Shown here in pieces: positions 53,659 to 64,000 of a stretch of DNA of 64,000 nt; within the stretch, counting starts at the first letter, position 1; each line of letters starts with the position of its first letter. The notes beneath the pieces are model-generated. The model ran no database searches, was not told the origin of the DNA, and was given only the letters and a program-made list of their open reading frames with translations. The stretch spans positions 544,001-608,000 of the forward strand of contig OY970320.1 of the NCBI GenBank assembly GCA_963716745.1, written 5' to 3'. This stretch comes from an uncultured Gemmatimonadaceae bacterium. GTDB lineage: Bacteria > Gemmatimonadota > Gemmatimonadetes > Gemmatimonadales > Gemmatimonadaceae. A program made the translations under genes and the position numbers.

Positions 53659-54744
53659 CTACGACAATTCCATCAACGTGCGCGGGAAGTCCGTGAGGAC
53701 GCGCGCCTGCGCGCCCTCGATCACCACATCGTCCTCCACCCGCACCCCGCCCCAACCGGCGCGGTAGATCCCGGGTTCGATCGTCACCACGGTGCCGACT
53801 TGCAGCGCGCCGTCGGCGATCTTCGACAGCCGCGGCGCCTCGTGCACTTCCAGGCCAATGCCATGGCCCAGCCCGTGCCCGAACAATTCGCCGAATCCTT
53901 GCCCCTCAATGTAGCTCCGGGCGAGCGCGTCGGCATCCCGGAATGTCATCCCGGGCCGTACGCCGGCGGAAGCCCTCTCGTTCGCCGCGCGCACCACGTC
54001 GTAGAAGGCGCGCTGCTCGGCGGTGGCCTTGCCCATCACGAACGTGCGCGTGACATCCGACACGTAACCATCCACCACCGCGCCGAAATCGAAGAGCAGC
54101 CAGTCGCCGTTCGCGATCGTGCGTCCGCTCGCGCGCGCGTGCGGCAGCGCCGAGCGCGGACCGGAGGCGATGATCGCCTCGAAGGGGAATCCGGTGCTGC
54201 CGCCCTCGCGCAATTCGCGCTCGAGCGCGCCGGCGACCTGCAGTTCCGTCATGCCGGGCCGGACGAGCTTGAGCGTGCGGCCCAGCGCATCGGTTGCGCA
54301 GTCCGCGGCGCGCTTGATCGCCGCGATCTCGTCGGCGTCCTTCCGCTCGCGCAGGGACTCGACGATGTCCACCGTCGGACGCCAGAGCCACTTGTCGCCC
54401 TGCTGCATGAGCCGCGCAAAATCGCGGTGCGTGAGCATCGTGCTCTCGAAGCCCATCGTCTTCACCGCGAGCTCGGGCAGCAACCTCCAGAGCGCGTTCC
54501 ACACGCTGGCGAGATCGATCGTGACGCGCGCGAGGTCGCCGACCTCCTCCTTCACCTGCGTCTGGTAGCGGAAATCCGTGATGAGCACGAGGCTCTGCGC
54601 GGTGACCACGACGAGCGCGTTCGACCCCGAGAATCCGGTGAGGTAGCGGATGTTCGGAAGGCCCGTGAGGAGCAGGCCGTCGATCTGCTGCGCGGTGAGC
54701 AGCGCGCGCAGCGACGCGAGGCGCGCGGGGCGGTGGTCAGCCAC
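53659..54744 (-). CDS. Xaa-Pro aminopeptidase (M24 family)
   Basis: YLTGFSGS, SALPH, DFGA..SDVTRT, HGLGHGIGLEVHE, TIEPG, VRVED. Confidence 0.92.
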   Translation of the reverse strand: MADHRPARLASLRALLTAQQIDGLLLTGLPNIRYLTGFSGSNALVVVTAQSLVLITDFRYQTQVKEEVGDLARVTIDLASVWNALWRLLPELAVKTMGFESTMLTHRDFARLMQQGDKWLWRPTVDIVESLRERKDADEIAAIKRAADCATDALGRTLKLVRPGMTELQVAGALERELREGGSTGFPFEAIIASGPRSALPHARASGRTIANGDWLLFDFGAVVDGYVSDVTRTFVMGKATAEQRAFYDVVRAANERASAGVRPGMTFRDADALARSYIEGQGFGELFGHGLGHGIGLEVHEAPRLSKIADGALQVGTVVTIEPGIYRAGWGGVRVEDDVVIEGAQARVLTDFPRTLMELS

Positions 54745-55177
54745 GGGCGCCGAGCTTCGCGGCGAGTCCCCGCAGCGCGAGGTCGTATCCCGTGGTGCCG
54801 AAGCCGCTCAGCAGCGCGATCGCTCCGCCGGCGAGCACCGTGCGGCGCCGTTCGGGTTCGCGCGCGAAGATGTTCGAGATGTGCACTTCGACGTACGGCA
54901 CGCTCACGCTCTTGAAGGCGTCGCGGATGGCGAGGCTCGTGTGGCTGTACGCGCCAGCGTTGATGAGTGCGCCATCCACGCGACCGCGCATCTTCTGGAT
55001 GAGATCGATGAGCTCTCCCTCGCCGTTCCGCTGCGCGAACTCGATGTCCACGCCCAGCTCCGTCGCGAGCGCGCGCAGGCGCGTCTCCACATCCGCCAGC
55101 GTCTCGCGCCCGTAGATCTCGGGTTCGCGCACGCCAAGCAGATTGAGATTCGGCCCGTTCAGGACGGCGATCCGCAC
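54737..55177 (-). CDS. aroQ: Type II 3-dehydroquinate dehydratase
   Basis: LNGPNLNLLGVREPEIYG, INAGAYSHTS, EVHISN. Confidence 0.96.
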   Translation of the reverse strand: MRIAVLNGPNLNLLGVREPEIYGRETLADVETRLRALATELGVDIEFAQRNGEGELIDLIQKMRGRVDGALINAGAYSHTSLAIRDAFKSVSVPYVEVHISNIFAREPERRRTVLAGGAIALLSGFGTTGYDLALRGLAAKLGARG

Positions 55178-57304
55178 TATTTCTTGAGCCCGTCCAGCCA
55201 GTCGTGGAAGAGTGCCAGGTCGGCTTCCTGCGGACGCCCGCCGGCCGAGTCGGACTCGCGATCGCCGCCGCCGTTCCGGATCGCCGGCACCGCGCCGCTG
55301 TCGCGCGGCGAGAAGAACTCGTCGAACGAGACGTTGTCGCCGTGGCGCTTCTGCTCGACGGTCGCCTTCTGGCCGCGGAAGACATCGTCCAGCGAGAGCG
55401 GCTGCGAGGCCGCGCGCGACGGCTGTCCCGACGAGGGAGTCGTGATCGACGTCGCGTACTCTTCGTTGAAGGCACCCGCGAGCGCGGACGCCGCGCTGTC
55501 GTCGGCGGCGAGCGCACGCTCGTCGAAGAGCGCGGAGAGGCTCTCGGGAGTGCCAACGTCAGGATCGGGCGCCAGGCGCTCGGCGCCCGGCGCCGGAGGC
55601 GGCGACATCATCGGCGCTGCGGGTGTCGCCATCATCGTCGGCGGCGGCGGCGACATCGGCGCCGGTGTCGGCGCCGGTGTCGGCGCAAATACAGGTGCGG
55701 GTGCTGCGACCGCCTCGGCCGCCGGCGGCGTGGCGCCGGGCGCTTTGCGCGCGGCGAGCCCGCCGAAGAACGAGCGGATGCTCTGCGCCGGCTTCGACGC
55801 GCGATCGCGCGCGGCGGTGATCACTTCCTCCGAGATGTTCGCCGCGACCGATACGCTCGAGCGCGCACCTCTCTCGAGCCGCGAGATCCGCTCCTTGAGC
55901 GATGGATCCTCGGGGCGCATCGAGGCGAGCTGCCGATAAATGCGCAGCGCCTCGTCGGTGTAGCCTTGCTGCAGGTACAACTCGGCCATCGTCTCGGTCA
56001 TGAACGCCGCGGGGATATCGTTCCCGGAGTTCACCGAGAGATCGAGCATTCGTCCGATGGTCGGATCGTACGCCTCTTCCTGCGATTGCGCGCCGCTCAC
56101 CACCGCGGCATCGGTCACCGAGCCCCAGTTGTCGACCGTGACGCGCTGGTCCGGCGCGCGCGGCGGTGGAGCGGGCGGATTCCGCTGCGATCGGCGGCTC
56201 GGGCTGCGCCGGCACCGCTCGCGGCGTGCGGAAGCTCAGTGTATCGCGAAGCGACGGGATCTCCCCGTCGAACGGCGATTTCTCGGCGGGAACGGCGGGA
56301 CGGCTCGGCGGCGTATAGAGCGGCGGCTCTTCCTCTTCCGGCGCGCCCGGAAGCGCAGCGGCGGGCGACGGCGGCACATCGAGAATGAGATCCGGCGCCG
56401 ACGCGCGCGTCACCGGGGCAGCCTTGAACTCGCCCGTCATCGCGTCGAGGGGCGGGAGATCCGTCTCCGCCGGCGCGTAGGCGGCGATATCAGGAAGCGA
56501 CGGCCGCGGCGGCGGTGGAGGCGCGATCGGCGCTGAGAACTGCGCGAACTCCTCGAGACCGGTGATCTCGAGCGCCGGCGCGGGCACTGCTACTGGAGCG
56601 GGCGGCACCGCCGCTTCGAAGACCGGTGCCGGCGGTGGAGGCGGTGGCTCGATGGCCGGCGCTGCCGGCATCTCGGCCGGCGCGGCTTGCGGCGGCATGA
56701 ACGCTGCCGTGGTCTCCAGCTCGATCGGTTCGTGCGCGACCGGCGCCGCCGGAGGATCCTGCGACATGTCCTCCGGGATCATGCCGAGTGTCAAACGCGG
56801 AAGCGGCGGCAGTATTTGCGTCGGAGCAGCGGCCGGTCGTTCCGGATTGATGTCGCTCCACGAAACCGGCTCCGGCGCACCGCTCGGCACCGCCGGCGCC
56901 GACGGCGTGACCTCGAGCGCCTGCAGATGCGCGCGCACCTCATCGTTCTGCGGGTCCACCTCGAGCAGACGGTAGTACCAGCCGCGTGCGCCTTCCATGT
57001 CGCCGGAGAGGCGTGCGATGTCCCCGAGCTGACGCAGCGCGATCAGGTTCTCCGGGTCGAGTCCGATCGCCGCCTCGAACGTGGCACGCGCTTCGTCCAG
57101 CTGGCCGCTCTCGAAGAGCGCCTGGCCGAGCACAATGTAGCCGCTGATGTATGTGGGCTGCAGCGGCACCTGGGCGCGGCAGATCTGGATCGCCGAGTCG
57201 AGGTCCCCCTGCTTGCGATACTCGTTGGCCAGCCGCGCGAACACGCGCCGCGGGTTCTCGCCGTACTGCCGTATGAGGTCTTCGATCAGAGCGGACTCGG
57301 CCAT
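55177..57304 (-). CDS. TPR protein with long Pro/Ala-rich linker (frameshift near 56150)
   Basis: N-terminal TPRs (FARLANEYRK..LGQALFE..DPENLIAL), TETMAELYLQQG..EALRIYRQL, C-terminal FHDWLDGLKK. Confidence 0.8.
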
Positions 57305-57491
57305 GCAAGCCCTCAGGGTTGCCACCCCAGCAGGGTGGCAGGAGAGAGTCGGGAAAGTACATGTATCTGACGATTCAAGTCAATCGGAAGTCATACGCTG
57401 TCTTGATTTTACGAGACCCGGGCGGCTAGATTCTCCGGCTCGCGCAAATCGCGCCTTACCCACCCTTTCGTTCCGTCAGGAGTCACGCCCC

Positions 57492-59316
57492 ATGCTGCAA
57501 GGGATGCGAGCTTCCGCCAAGTACATTTGGTGGTTCGTCGCCGCAACGTTCCTCATCGGCTTCGTCTTCGTCCAGCAGTCCGGGCTCGGCGACCGGCTGG
57601 TGACCGCCGGCACGACGGTCGCGAAGGTCAACGGCACCGCGATCACCTACGATCAGTATGAGCGCGCCGTCGCCCAGCGTTCGGAGGCTGAGGAGCGCAA
57701 CGGACGGACGCTCAACGCCGACGACCGGCGCATGATCGAGGAGCGCGTTTACAACGAGATGGTGAACGACGCGCTCCTGCAGCAGGAGTACGCGAAGCGC
57801 GGGATCACAGTCACGGAAGCCGAGATCCAGCAGGCGGCCGTGGAGCAGCCCTACCCGCCGCTCGCCCGCGCCCCGGAATTCCAGACGGATGGGCAGTTCG
57901 ACCGCGACAAGTACCAGCGCTATCTCACGAGCCCGGCCGCGAAGCAGCAGGGCATCCTGGTCATGCTGGACGATTACTACCGGCAGGGACTGCTCAAGTC
58001 GAAGCTCTTCGAGCAGTTGGCCACGAGCGTGTACGTGACCGACGCGCAGCTGTGGCGGTTGTACCGCGATGCGCACGACTCCGCGCGCGTCACGTACGTC
58101 TCGATCCCGGCTCTGACGATCCCCGACAGCGCCGTGAGAGTCTCGGACGCCGAGATCGCCGCCTACTTCGAGAAGCACAAGAAGGAACTGACCGATCTGC
58201 CGGGCCACGCCGTGATCTCGGTCGCGCGCTTGCCGCGCACTCATCACCTCGGCGGACAGCGCGACCGCGCGCAACAAAGCGTTGGCGCTGCGTGCCGAGA
58301 TCGTGAGAGGCGCCAAGTTCGCCGATGTGGCGCGCCGTGAGTCCGCCGACACAGCGAGCGCGTCGCAGGGTGGCGTACTGCCCAAGGCCGGCCGCTCGAC
58401 GTACGTGAAGCCGTTCGCGGATGCCGTCTATTCGCTCAGAGTCGGGGAGATCTCGCAGCCCGTCCTCACTCCGTTCGGATATCATATCATCCGCCTCGAA
58501 TCGCGTCAGGGCGATTCGGTGACCGTGGCGCACATCCTCGTGCGCATCCAGCAGGGTGATTCGGCCGCCACGGCCACCGACCGTCGCGCGGACCAGCTCG
58601 CGAAGGCGGGCGGCGCGGCCAAGGCGTCGATGTTCGACAGCGCCGCGAAGGCCCTCATGTTGGCGACGCGCACGATATCGGTGCAGGAAGGCGTGACCGC
58701 CTCGTTCGACGGCAGCGCCGTGCCGGGCGCCACCGCGTGGGCGTTCTCCGGCGCGAAGCCCGGCGAGATCGGCGAGCTCATCGATTCCGATGACGCCTAC
58801 TTCCTCGTGCGGCTCGACTCCCTCTCGCCGGGCGGCAAGGCGACGGTCGAAGCCCTCAAGACCGAGATCCATGCGCTGCTCGCGCGCGAGAAGAAGCTCG
58901 ATCTGATCATGCCGAAGGCGCAGCAGATCGCCACGGCGAGCAAGGGCTCGACACTCGAAGCGGCCGCGATCCCGGCGGGTTACGCCACGATCGTGAGTCC
59001 ATCCTTCGCGCGCACGAGCCAAGTCGTAGGCCTCGGCGTCGGGAACGCCGCCATCGGCGCAGCATTCGGCCTGCCGCTCAAGGAAGTCGGCGAGCCGGTC
59101 AAGGCGACCACCACGGTGATCGTGGAGCGCGTGGATGTGCGCACGCTGGCGGACAGCGCGGACTTCGAGAAGAACAAGGTGCAGCAGCGTCTGCAGGCGC
59201 AGCAGCGGATCCGCGAGCAGGCGGTGCAGCAATACGTGCAGAACCTGCGCGAGAACGCGAGCATCACCGACAAGCGGAAGGACATTCAGGCGGCGCAGCG
59301 CCAGCCCGCGAGCTGA
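57492..59316 (+). CDS. SurA-N / rotamase peptidyl-prolyl isomerase (PpiD-like); frameshift near 58245
   Basis: N-terminal anchor, VAKVNGTAIT, FADVARRESAD..GGVL..PFADAV..GEISQPVLTPFGYHII. Confidence 0.88.
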
Positions 59317-59330
59317 TCGCACGCCCGAAC

Positions 59331-59374
59331 GCAGAACGCCCCCCGGCGGCCTTGGCCGACGGGGGGCGTTCTGC
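59331..59374. terminator. Probable terminator hairpin between convergent PPIase and tatA
   Basis: gcagaacgcccccc...ggggggcgttctgc 14-bp stem. Confidence 0.65.
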
Positions 59375-59394
59375 ATCCGGGACTCAGCGCGCCG

Positions 59395-59649
59395 CTACAC
59401 CAGGCGCTTCGGCTCGGTGCGCGCGTCGTCCGCTGCGCGCGAGCTGGTCGTCTGATCGGTCGAGCGCAGCCGGTCGCGCTCGGGCGGCGACGCGACATCG
59501 GTGTTCCCGATGTCGTTCATGTTCTTCTTGAATTCCTTGATCCCCTTGCCGAACGAGCCCGCGATCTCCGGGATCCGCTTGGCTCCGAAGAGCAGCAGGA
59601 TCACCAGCAGGATGAGCATGATCTCGCTGAAGCCTAGATTGCCGAACAT
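59395..59649 (-). CDS. tatA: Twin-arginine translocase TatA/E subunit
   Basis: GFSEIMLILLVILLLFGAKRIPEIAGSFGKGIKEFKK. Confidence 0.95.
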   Translation of the reverse strand: MFGNLGFSEIMLILLVILLLFGAKRIPEIAGSFGKGIKEFKKNMNDIGNTDVASPPERDRLRSTDQTTSSRAADDARTEPKRLV

Positions 59650-59659
59650 GTAGTGCTCC

Positions 59660-59908
59660 TCAGAAGAGAGATCGGGCGATCAGGTAGGCGACGATCACGC
59701 CGACGACGCTCAGCAGGGATACGTCGATCGCGAGGGGACCGACCGCGAAATTGATGATACCTAGATTAACAGTAATGGCTCCGAGCTGGGGCGTCACCCC
59801 CATGGTCAGGAACTCCTTCACGGCGCCCACCGGCAGGAACTGCCGGCCGAGCACCTGGAGCAGCCACCCGACGATGAACCCACTGCCGAGCACGCCGACA
59901 TAGAACAT
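59660..59908 (-). CDS. Small membrane protein (DUF4321-like); may start near 59948 if a frameshift is present
   Basis: Two hydrophobic segments, VNLGIINF..IDVSLLSVVG. Confidence 0.65.
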   Translation of the reverse strand: MFYVGVLGSGFIVGWLLQVLGRQFLPVGAVKEFLTMGVTPQLGAITVNLGIINFAVGPLAIDVSLLSVVGVIVAYLIARSLF

Positions 59909-59944
59909 CGGGCGGTGCCTGCGCGATGCCGCGCGTGGGAGCGA

Positions 59945-60949
59945 TCATTGCGACCGGTCCAGCGCGTAGGCGATCGCATCGCGCAGCGAGGCGGCGGCCG
60001 CGGTGTCGGGCAGGCCGGCCAGCGCCGACTCGGCCGCCCGCGCGTATTCGAGCCCGCGCTCGCGCGCGTAGTCCAACCCGCCGCGATCGGACACGATCTC
60101 GATCACGCGCGCGATCTGCGCATCGTCGGGCTCCGCCGTGTCGAACAGCGTGTCCACCTCGTGGCGCGCCGCGGCGCCGAGCCCGCGCAGCGCGTGGATG
60201 AGCGGGAGCGTCACCTTGTGCTCGCGCAGATCGAGTCCGCACGGCTTGCCGGTCACCGATTCGTCGGACGTGTAGTCGAGCAGGTCGTCCGCCACCTGGA
60301 ACGCCATGCCGAGTTGCTCGCCATAGCGCGCGAGCGCCGCGCGGTGCTCCTGCGCGCCGGCGAGCGCGCCGATCGCGCACGCGGCCGAGAGGAGCGATGC
60401 GGTCTTCGCGCGGATCAGGTCCTCGTAATCCTCCTCGGAGAATCCGAGCGCGTCGAGCGACGTGAGCTGGCGCATCTCGCCCACGGTCATCGCATTGGTC
60501 GCGTCCGCGAGCACGCCGAGCACTTCGAGATCCCCGTTGCGCACGAGCTCCACGACCGCGCGGGAATACAGGAAATCGCCCATGATCACCGACACCTGGT
60601 GACTGAAGAGCGAATTGATCGTGGGCATGCCGCGCCGCAGCGCCGAGTGATCGACGGAGTCGTCGTGCACCAGCGTCGCGAGATGCACGAGCTCCACCAC
60701 GGCGGCGAGCGTCACGGCGCGCGGCTCGGGCCGTCCCGCCGCGGCGCTCGCGAGCAGCGTGAGCGTGGGGCGGAACATCTTGCCCTTCATGAGCAGCAGA
60801 TGCCCGTTCACTTCGTCGATGAGCGGGAATTCCGCGGCGACGATCCGGTGCAACTCCTGCGCGACCAACTCGAGACGGTCGCGCACGGGCGCCTGGATGT
60901 CGCTCAGCGCCGGCGTGAGCGGCGAGCGCGCGGAGAGGGCCGACGTCAC
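59945..60949 (-). CDS. Polyprenyl diphosphate synthase (IspB-like)
   Basis: GKMFRP, ELVHLATLVHDDSVD..RRG, GDFL, KTA, FQVADDLLD. Confidence 0.92.
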   Translation of the reverse strand: MTSALSARSPLTPALSDIQAPVRDRLELVAQELHRIVAAEFPLIDEVNGHLLLMKGKMFRPTLTLLASAAAGRPEPRAVTLAAVVELVHLATLVHDDSVDHSALRRGMPTINSLFSHQVSVIMGDFLYSRAVVELVRNGDLEVLGVLADATNAMTVGEMRQLTSLDALGFSEEDYEDLIRAKTASLLSAACAIGALAGAQEHRAALARYGEQLGMAFQVADDLLDYTSDESVTGKPCGLDLREHKVTLPLIHALRGLGAAARHEVDTLFDTAEPDDAQIARVIEIVSDRGGLDYARERGLEYARAAESALAGLPDTAAAASLRDAIAYALDRSQ

Positions 60950-63552
60950 CGCGATTTGCGCTCCGTGGCGGCGAGCCGCTCGCCGATATCGCGGAACTGG
61001 ATGTCCTGCGCGAATACCCGCTCGTAGTACTTGAGCGCCTCGTCCATCTGCCCGAGCGACTCCGACGCGTAGCCGAGCAGGTAGAGCACGCCGACGAGCG
61101 TGTCGTCGGGCGTGTTCTTGTCGGTGAGCGCGCGCGCGAGGATCGTGAGCGCGATCTGGTACTGGCGCTTCTCCACGAAGCATTGGCCGAGCGCTTCGTA
61201 CGTGCGCACGCGCTGTTCGGTGCCGCGCAGCGCCTTCTGGAATTCCGAGATCGCTTCGTCGAGCAGCCCCATCTCCTTGTACGCGACGCCGAGATCGTAG
61301 TGGCTCTCGTGATCGGTGTCCTCGACGTTCGCGGCCACGCCCTGCTTGAACATCGTGAGCATCTCGGCGAAGCCGACCTGCTCGCTCGGGGTCTCCGTGT
61401 TCGAGGAGACGATCCGCGTGCTCTTCTCCGTCTCATCATCGCGCAGCCAGTCGGAGAGGTTCACGAAGCTCTCGCGGCGCGGCGTCGACGGGCGCTTGAC
61501 GGTTTCCGACGGCGGTGGCGTGACCGAGCGCGACGGCGGCGGCGTGACCGAGCGCGACGGCGGCGGCGTGACCGTGCGCGACGGCGCCGGCGTGGGATCG
61601 GACTTGCGGCGCGATGCGGGCGGCGCTGCGGGCGCGGCCGGCGCGGCCGGCGCGGCCGGCGGCGCAGGGGACGCGCCATTGCTGATCACGGGCTCCTGCG
61701 ACGCGGCATCCGCCGCCACCGCGGCGGCGGCGGCTTCCTGGATCTTCGCCTTCGACATCTCGCGCGTGCCGAACGCCTCGCGCATCGCCGACTGCGCGCG
61801 CAGATCGTCGGGTGCCAATTCGAGCACGCGTCCGTACACCGCCTTGGACTTGTCGAGCTGGCCGCTGCGGAAGAGACACTCGGCGAGCGCGAGATACGCA
61901 TCCACCAGGCGCGGCCGGTCGTTCGACCGCACGGCGTACTCCACGCGCTTCTGGTGGTAATGGACGGAGTTCGGATCGACGCGCAGGAGTTCCTCGGCCA
62001 CGCTGCTGGCGCCCGCGAACTCGCCCGCGCGCTCGAGGCCGCCCATCGCGTCCTCGAGCGCCTTGAGACCGGCGGCGCGCTCGCCATTCTCGAGCAGCGC
62101 CTCGCCGAGTTCGCGGCGCAGCGACCAATTCTCGGGCTCGTGCAGCACGCGCTCGCGCAATTCGTCCACCGCGTTGCCGATGCCCTGCGCGAACGCCGCA
62201 TCGATCACCGAGACGCCATCTTCCTCGAGCCCCTTGAGATCCGGCAGCAGGGCGGGCGTCGAGCGGCGGGGCTTCGCCTTGGGATCGGTGACGGGCTCGG
62301 ATCTCCGCGGCGGCGTCTCCGCCTTCGGCGGCGCGGCGGCGACCGGCGGCGGCTCCTTCTTGGCGGCCGGCGGGGCGGCCTTCTCCGGCTCAGGCGCCTT
62401 CGGCTTCTCCGCTTTCTTCACCGGCTCGGGCGGGAGCGGCGACGGATCGTCGGGCATGATGAGATTCAAGCCGCTCGTCGCGCGCTCCAGCATGCCCGTG
62501 TCGAACTTGGGCGGCTCGTGCGTCAAGTCCGGAACGCCGACGTCCTCGGGCAGATCGAGCATCGGCAGCTCGACGTCCATGTCGGCGCTCTCGTCCGCGG
62601 CCTTCTCGTCCAGATCGGCCGGCGGCCGCACGGACTCGAGGAAGCCGGTGATCAGGCCGGCGTCCACGTGGCTGACGATCTCACTGTCGCCGTCATCTTT
62701 GGCGACGCCGAGATCGGCACCACGCGTGAGGCCTTCGATCGCGTCGGCGGCCGCGGCCGCGGCAGCGCCATCGATGAGCGGGAGATCGTTGTCGAGCACG
62801 ATCTCGCTGACCGTGGGCTCCGGTTCCGGCGCGCGCGGCGATGTGCCCTTCTTCGCCGGACTATTCGAGTCGTAGTCGACGTCGAGGAAGATCAGGTCGT
62901 TCGCGCGCGGCGTCGCCTTCGTCGCGCCGGCGGTGGGCTCGAGCGTGCCGTCGATGGCCTTCATGCGGTCCACCGTCGCGCGCGCTTCCTTCGTGCGCCC
63001 CTCGGCGGTGAACTTGTTGTAGAGCGTCTGCAGCTGCTCGATCGCTTCCGACTTGCGGTCCTTCTTCACGAGCTGGTCGGCGAGCATGAGGCGGATGTCG
63101 TCGAGCCCGGGACAGAGATCGGCGAGCTCCTTCAGCGCGCGGAACGCCTCCTCGAGATTGCCGGCGCGCTGCATGCGGTCGGCGTACTCGACGAAATTCT
63201 GCTTCGCGTCGTTGATGAATCCCTTCTGCGCGCTGATCTTGCCGAGCTTGTAGTAGACCGTGTTCCGGCCAGGCGCGTTGCGCAGGATCTTGTTGCAGAG
63301 CGCGATCGCGTTGTTGAGGAACCCGCCGTCGATGTAGAGATCGACGGCCTTCTCGTAATGGTCCACCGCGTCGCTGACGTCGCCTTTGCGCAGCAGCAGA
63401 TCGCCGACGCGATTGTACAGCGCGACGTCGGCCTCGTCGATGTGCTCGTCCAGTTCCGCGAGGACGAGCGCATACGTCTCGAGTGCCTTGTCGAATTTCT
63501 TCTGCTGCTCGTATTCGAGCGCCCGTTTCTTCAGCTTTGCGACGTTGGACAT
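60946..63552 (-). CDS. Large TPR protein (868 aa)
   Basis: N-terminal TPR array, acidic/Pro-rich linkers, C-terminal TPRs (SHYDLGVAYKEMGLLDEAISEFQKA). Confidence 0.85.
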   Translation of the reverse strand: MSNVAKLKKRALEYEQQKKFDKALETYALVLAELDEHIDEADVALYNRVGDLLLRKGDVSDAVDHYEKAVDLYIDGGFLNNAIALCNKILRNAPGRNTVYYKLGKISAQKGFINDAKQNFVEYADRMQRAGNLEEAFRALKELADLCPGLDDIRLMLADQLVKKDRKSEAIEQLQTLYNKFTAEGRTKEARATVDRMKAIDGTLEPTAGATKATPRANDLIFLDVDYDSNSPAKKGTSPRAPEPEPTVSEIVLDNDLPLIDGAAAAAAADAIEGLTRGADLGVAKDDGDSEIVSHVDAGLITGFLESVRPPADLDEKAADESADMDVELPMLDLPEDVGVPDLTHEPPKFDTGMLERATSGLNLIMPDDPSPLPPEPVKKAEKPKAPEPEKAAPPAAKKEPPPVAAAPPKAETPPRRSEPVTDPKAKPRRSTPALLPDLKGLEEDGVSVIDAAFAQGIGNAVDELRERVLHEPENWSLRRELGEALLENGERAAGLKALEDAMGGLERAGEFAGASSVAEELLRVDPNSVHYHQKRVEYAVRSNDRPRLVDAYLALAECLFRSGQLDKSKAVYGRVLELAPDDLRAQSAMREAFGTREMSKAKIQEAAAAAVAADAASQEPVISNGASPAPPAAPAAPAAPAAPPASRRKSDPTPAPSRTVTPPPSRSVTPPPSRSVTPPPSETVKRPSTPRRESFVNLSDWLRDDETEKSTRIVSSNTETPSEQVGFAEMLTMFKQGVAANVEDTDHESHYDLGVAYKEMGLLDEAISEFQKALRGTEQRVRTYEALGQCFVEKRQYQIALTILARALTDKNTPDDTLVGVLYLLGYASESLGQMDEALKYYERVFAQDIQFRDIGERLAATERKSR
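61507..61578. repeat. Three 24-bp coding tandem repeats (SR[S/T]VTPPP)
   Basis: cgacggcgg(t/c)ggcgtgaccg(a/t)gcg x3. Confidence 0.85.
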
Positions 63553-63615
63553 CAGCGCCTGATGTGCTCCCGGGGCAGAACGAGGCGACTTCGCGCGAGG
63601 GACGCGAAGGAATTC

Positions 63616-64000
63616 CTAAGTTAGGCCTAAGCCATAGGGGTGACAAGGCTTGCCGCGACTCCACGTACCCATACAACGACGGTCACCGTACCAGTACGGC
63701 AACTCGCGGATATCCTCGATCGTCGAAGAGGGCGAGATCGGCCGAAAAACCGGGCGCGAGCTGCCCCACGTGGTCGGCCAGCGCGAGCGCCGCGGCGCCG
63801 TTCACCGTGGCGGCGAGCAGCGCTTCGGCGACGCTCATGTGGAGCTCGCTCACCCCGAGCGTGAGGATGAGCGGGAGGTTCACCGTGGGCGAAGTGCCCG
63901 GATTAAAATCGGAGGCGAGCGCGACGGCGGCGCCGCCGTCGATCAGCGCCCGCGCGGGCGGGCGCGTCCCCTTCCCCAGGAAGAGCATCGTGCCGGGAAG
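63616..64000 (-). CDS. hutI: Imidazolonepropionase, C-terminal part (runs off window end; frameshift near 63718)
   Basis: LPGT..ARALIDGGAAVALASDFNPGTSP, ATVNGAAAL, GQLAPGFSADL; alternative frame continues IRELPYWYG to TAG at 63616. Confidence 0.88.

Overview
High-GC bacterial chromosome segment, most consistent with Gemmatimonadota. That assignment is inferred from gene order and protein style, not from a search. Most of the window is housekeeping genes on the minus strand: an RsbU/W/V partner-switching module, pta-coaD-rsmD-recJ-dnaG-mutS2, hit-rsmE-prmA-dnaJ-hrcA-hemW-dprA-obgE, wbpA/B/D, hflX-rarA, cca, gmhA, a group II GGGP synthase, alaS-recX-recA, ftsK-comB-accC-pilT-accB, aroQ, a PpiD/SurA-like PPIase, tatA, an isoprenyl synthase, TPR proteins and hutI, plus tRNA-Ile2(CAT) and tRNA-Val(CAC). 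Many genes, including essential ones (dnaG, alaS), carry frameshifts. These are most simply explained as long-read indel errors, so they are listed as CDS and not as pseudogenes. The most unusual region is 21.4-24.9 kb. It holds (i) a tandem array of four ~85-aa single-TM paralogues sharing an invariant AVETERISEGQRFT motif encoded with different codons, and (ii) an Avd-like four-helix-bundle gene enclosed by (GCGGGAA)n terminal inverted repeats, with an 'empty' copy of the same repeat pair 2.7 kb away. Several other intergenic palindromes sit right after stop codons, including a 383-bp nested one. The recA promoter carries tandem GTTC-N7-GTTC boxes.
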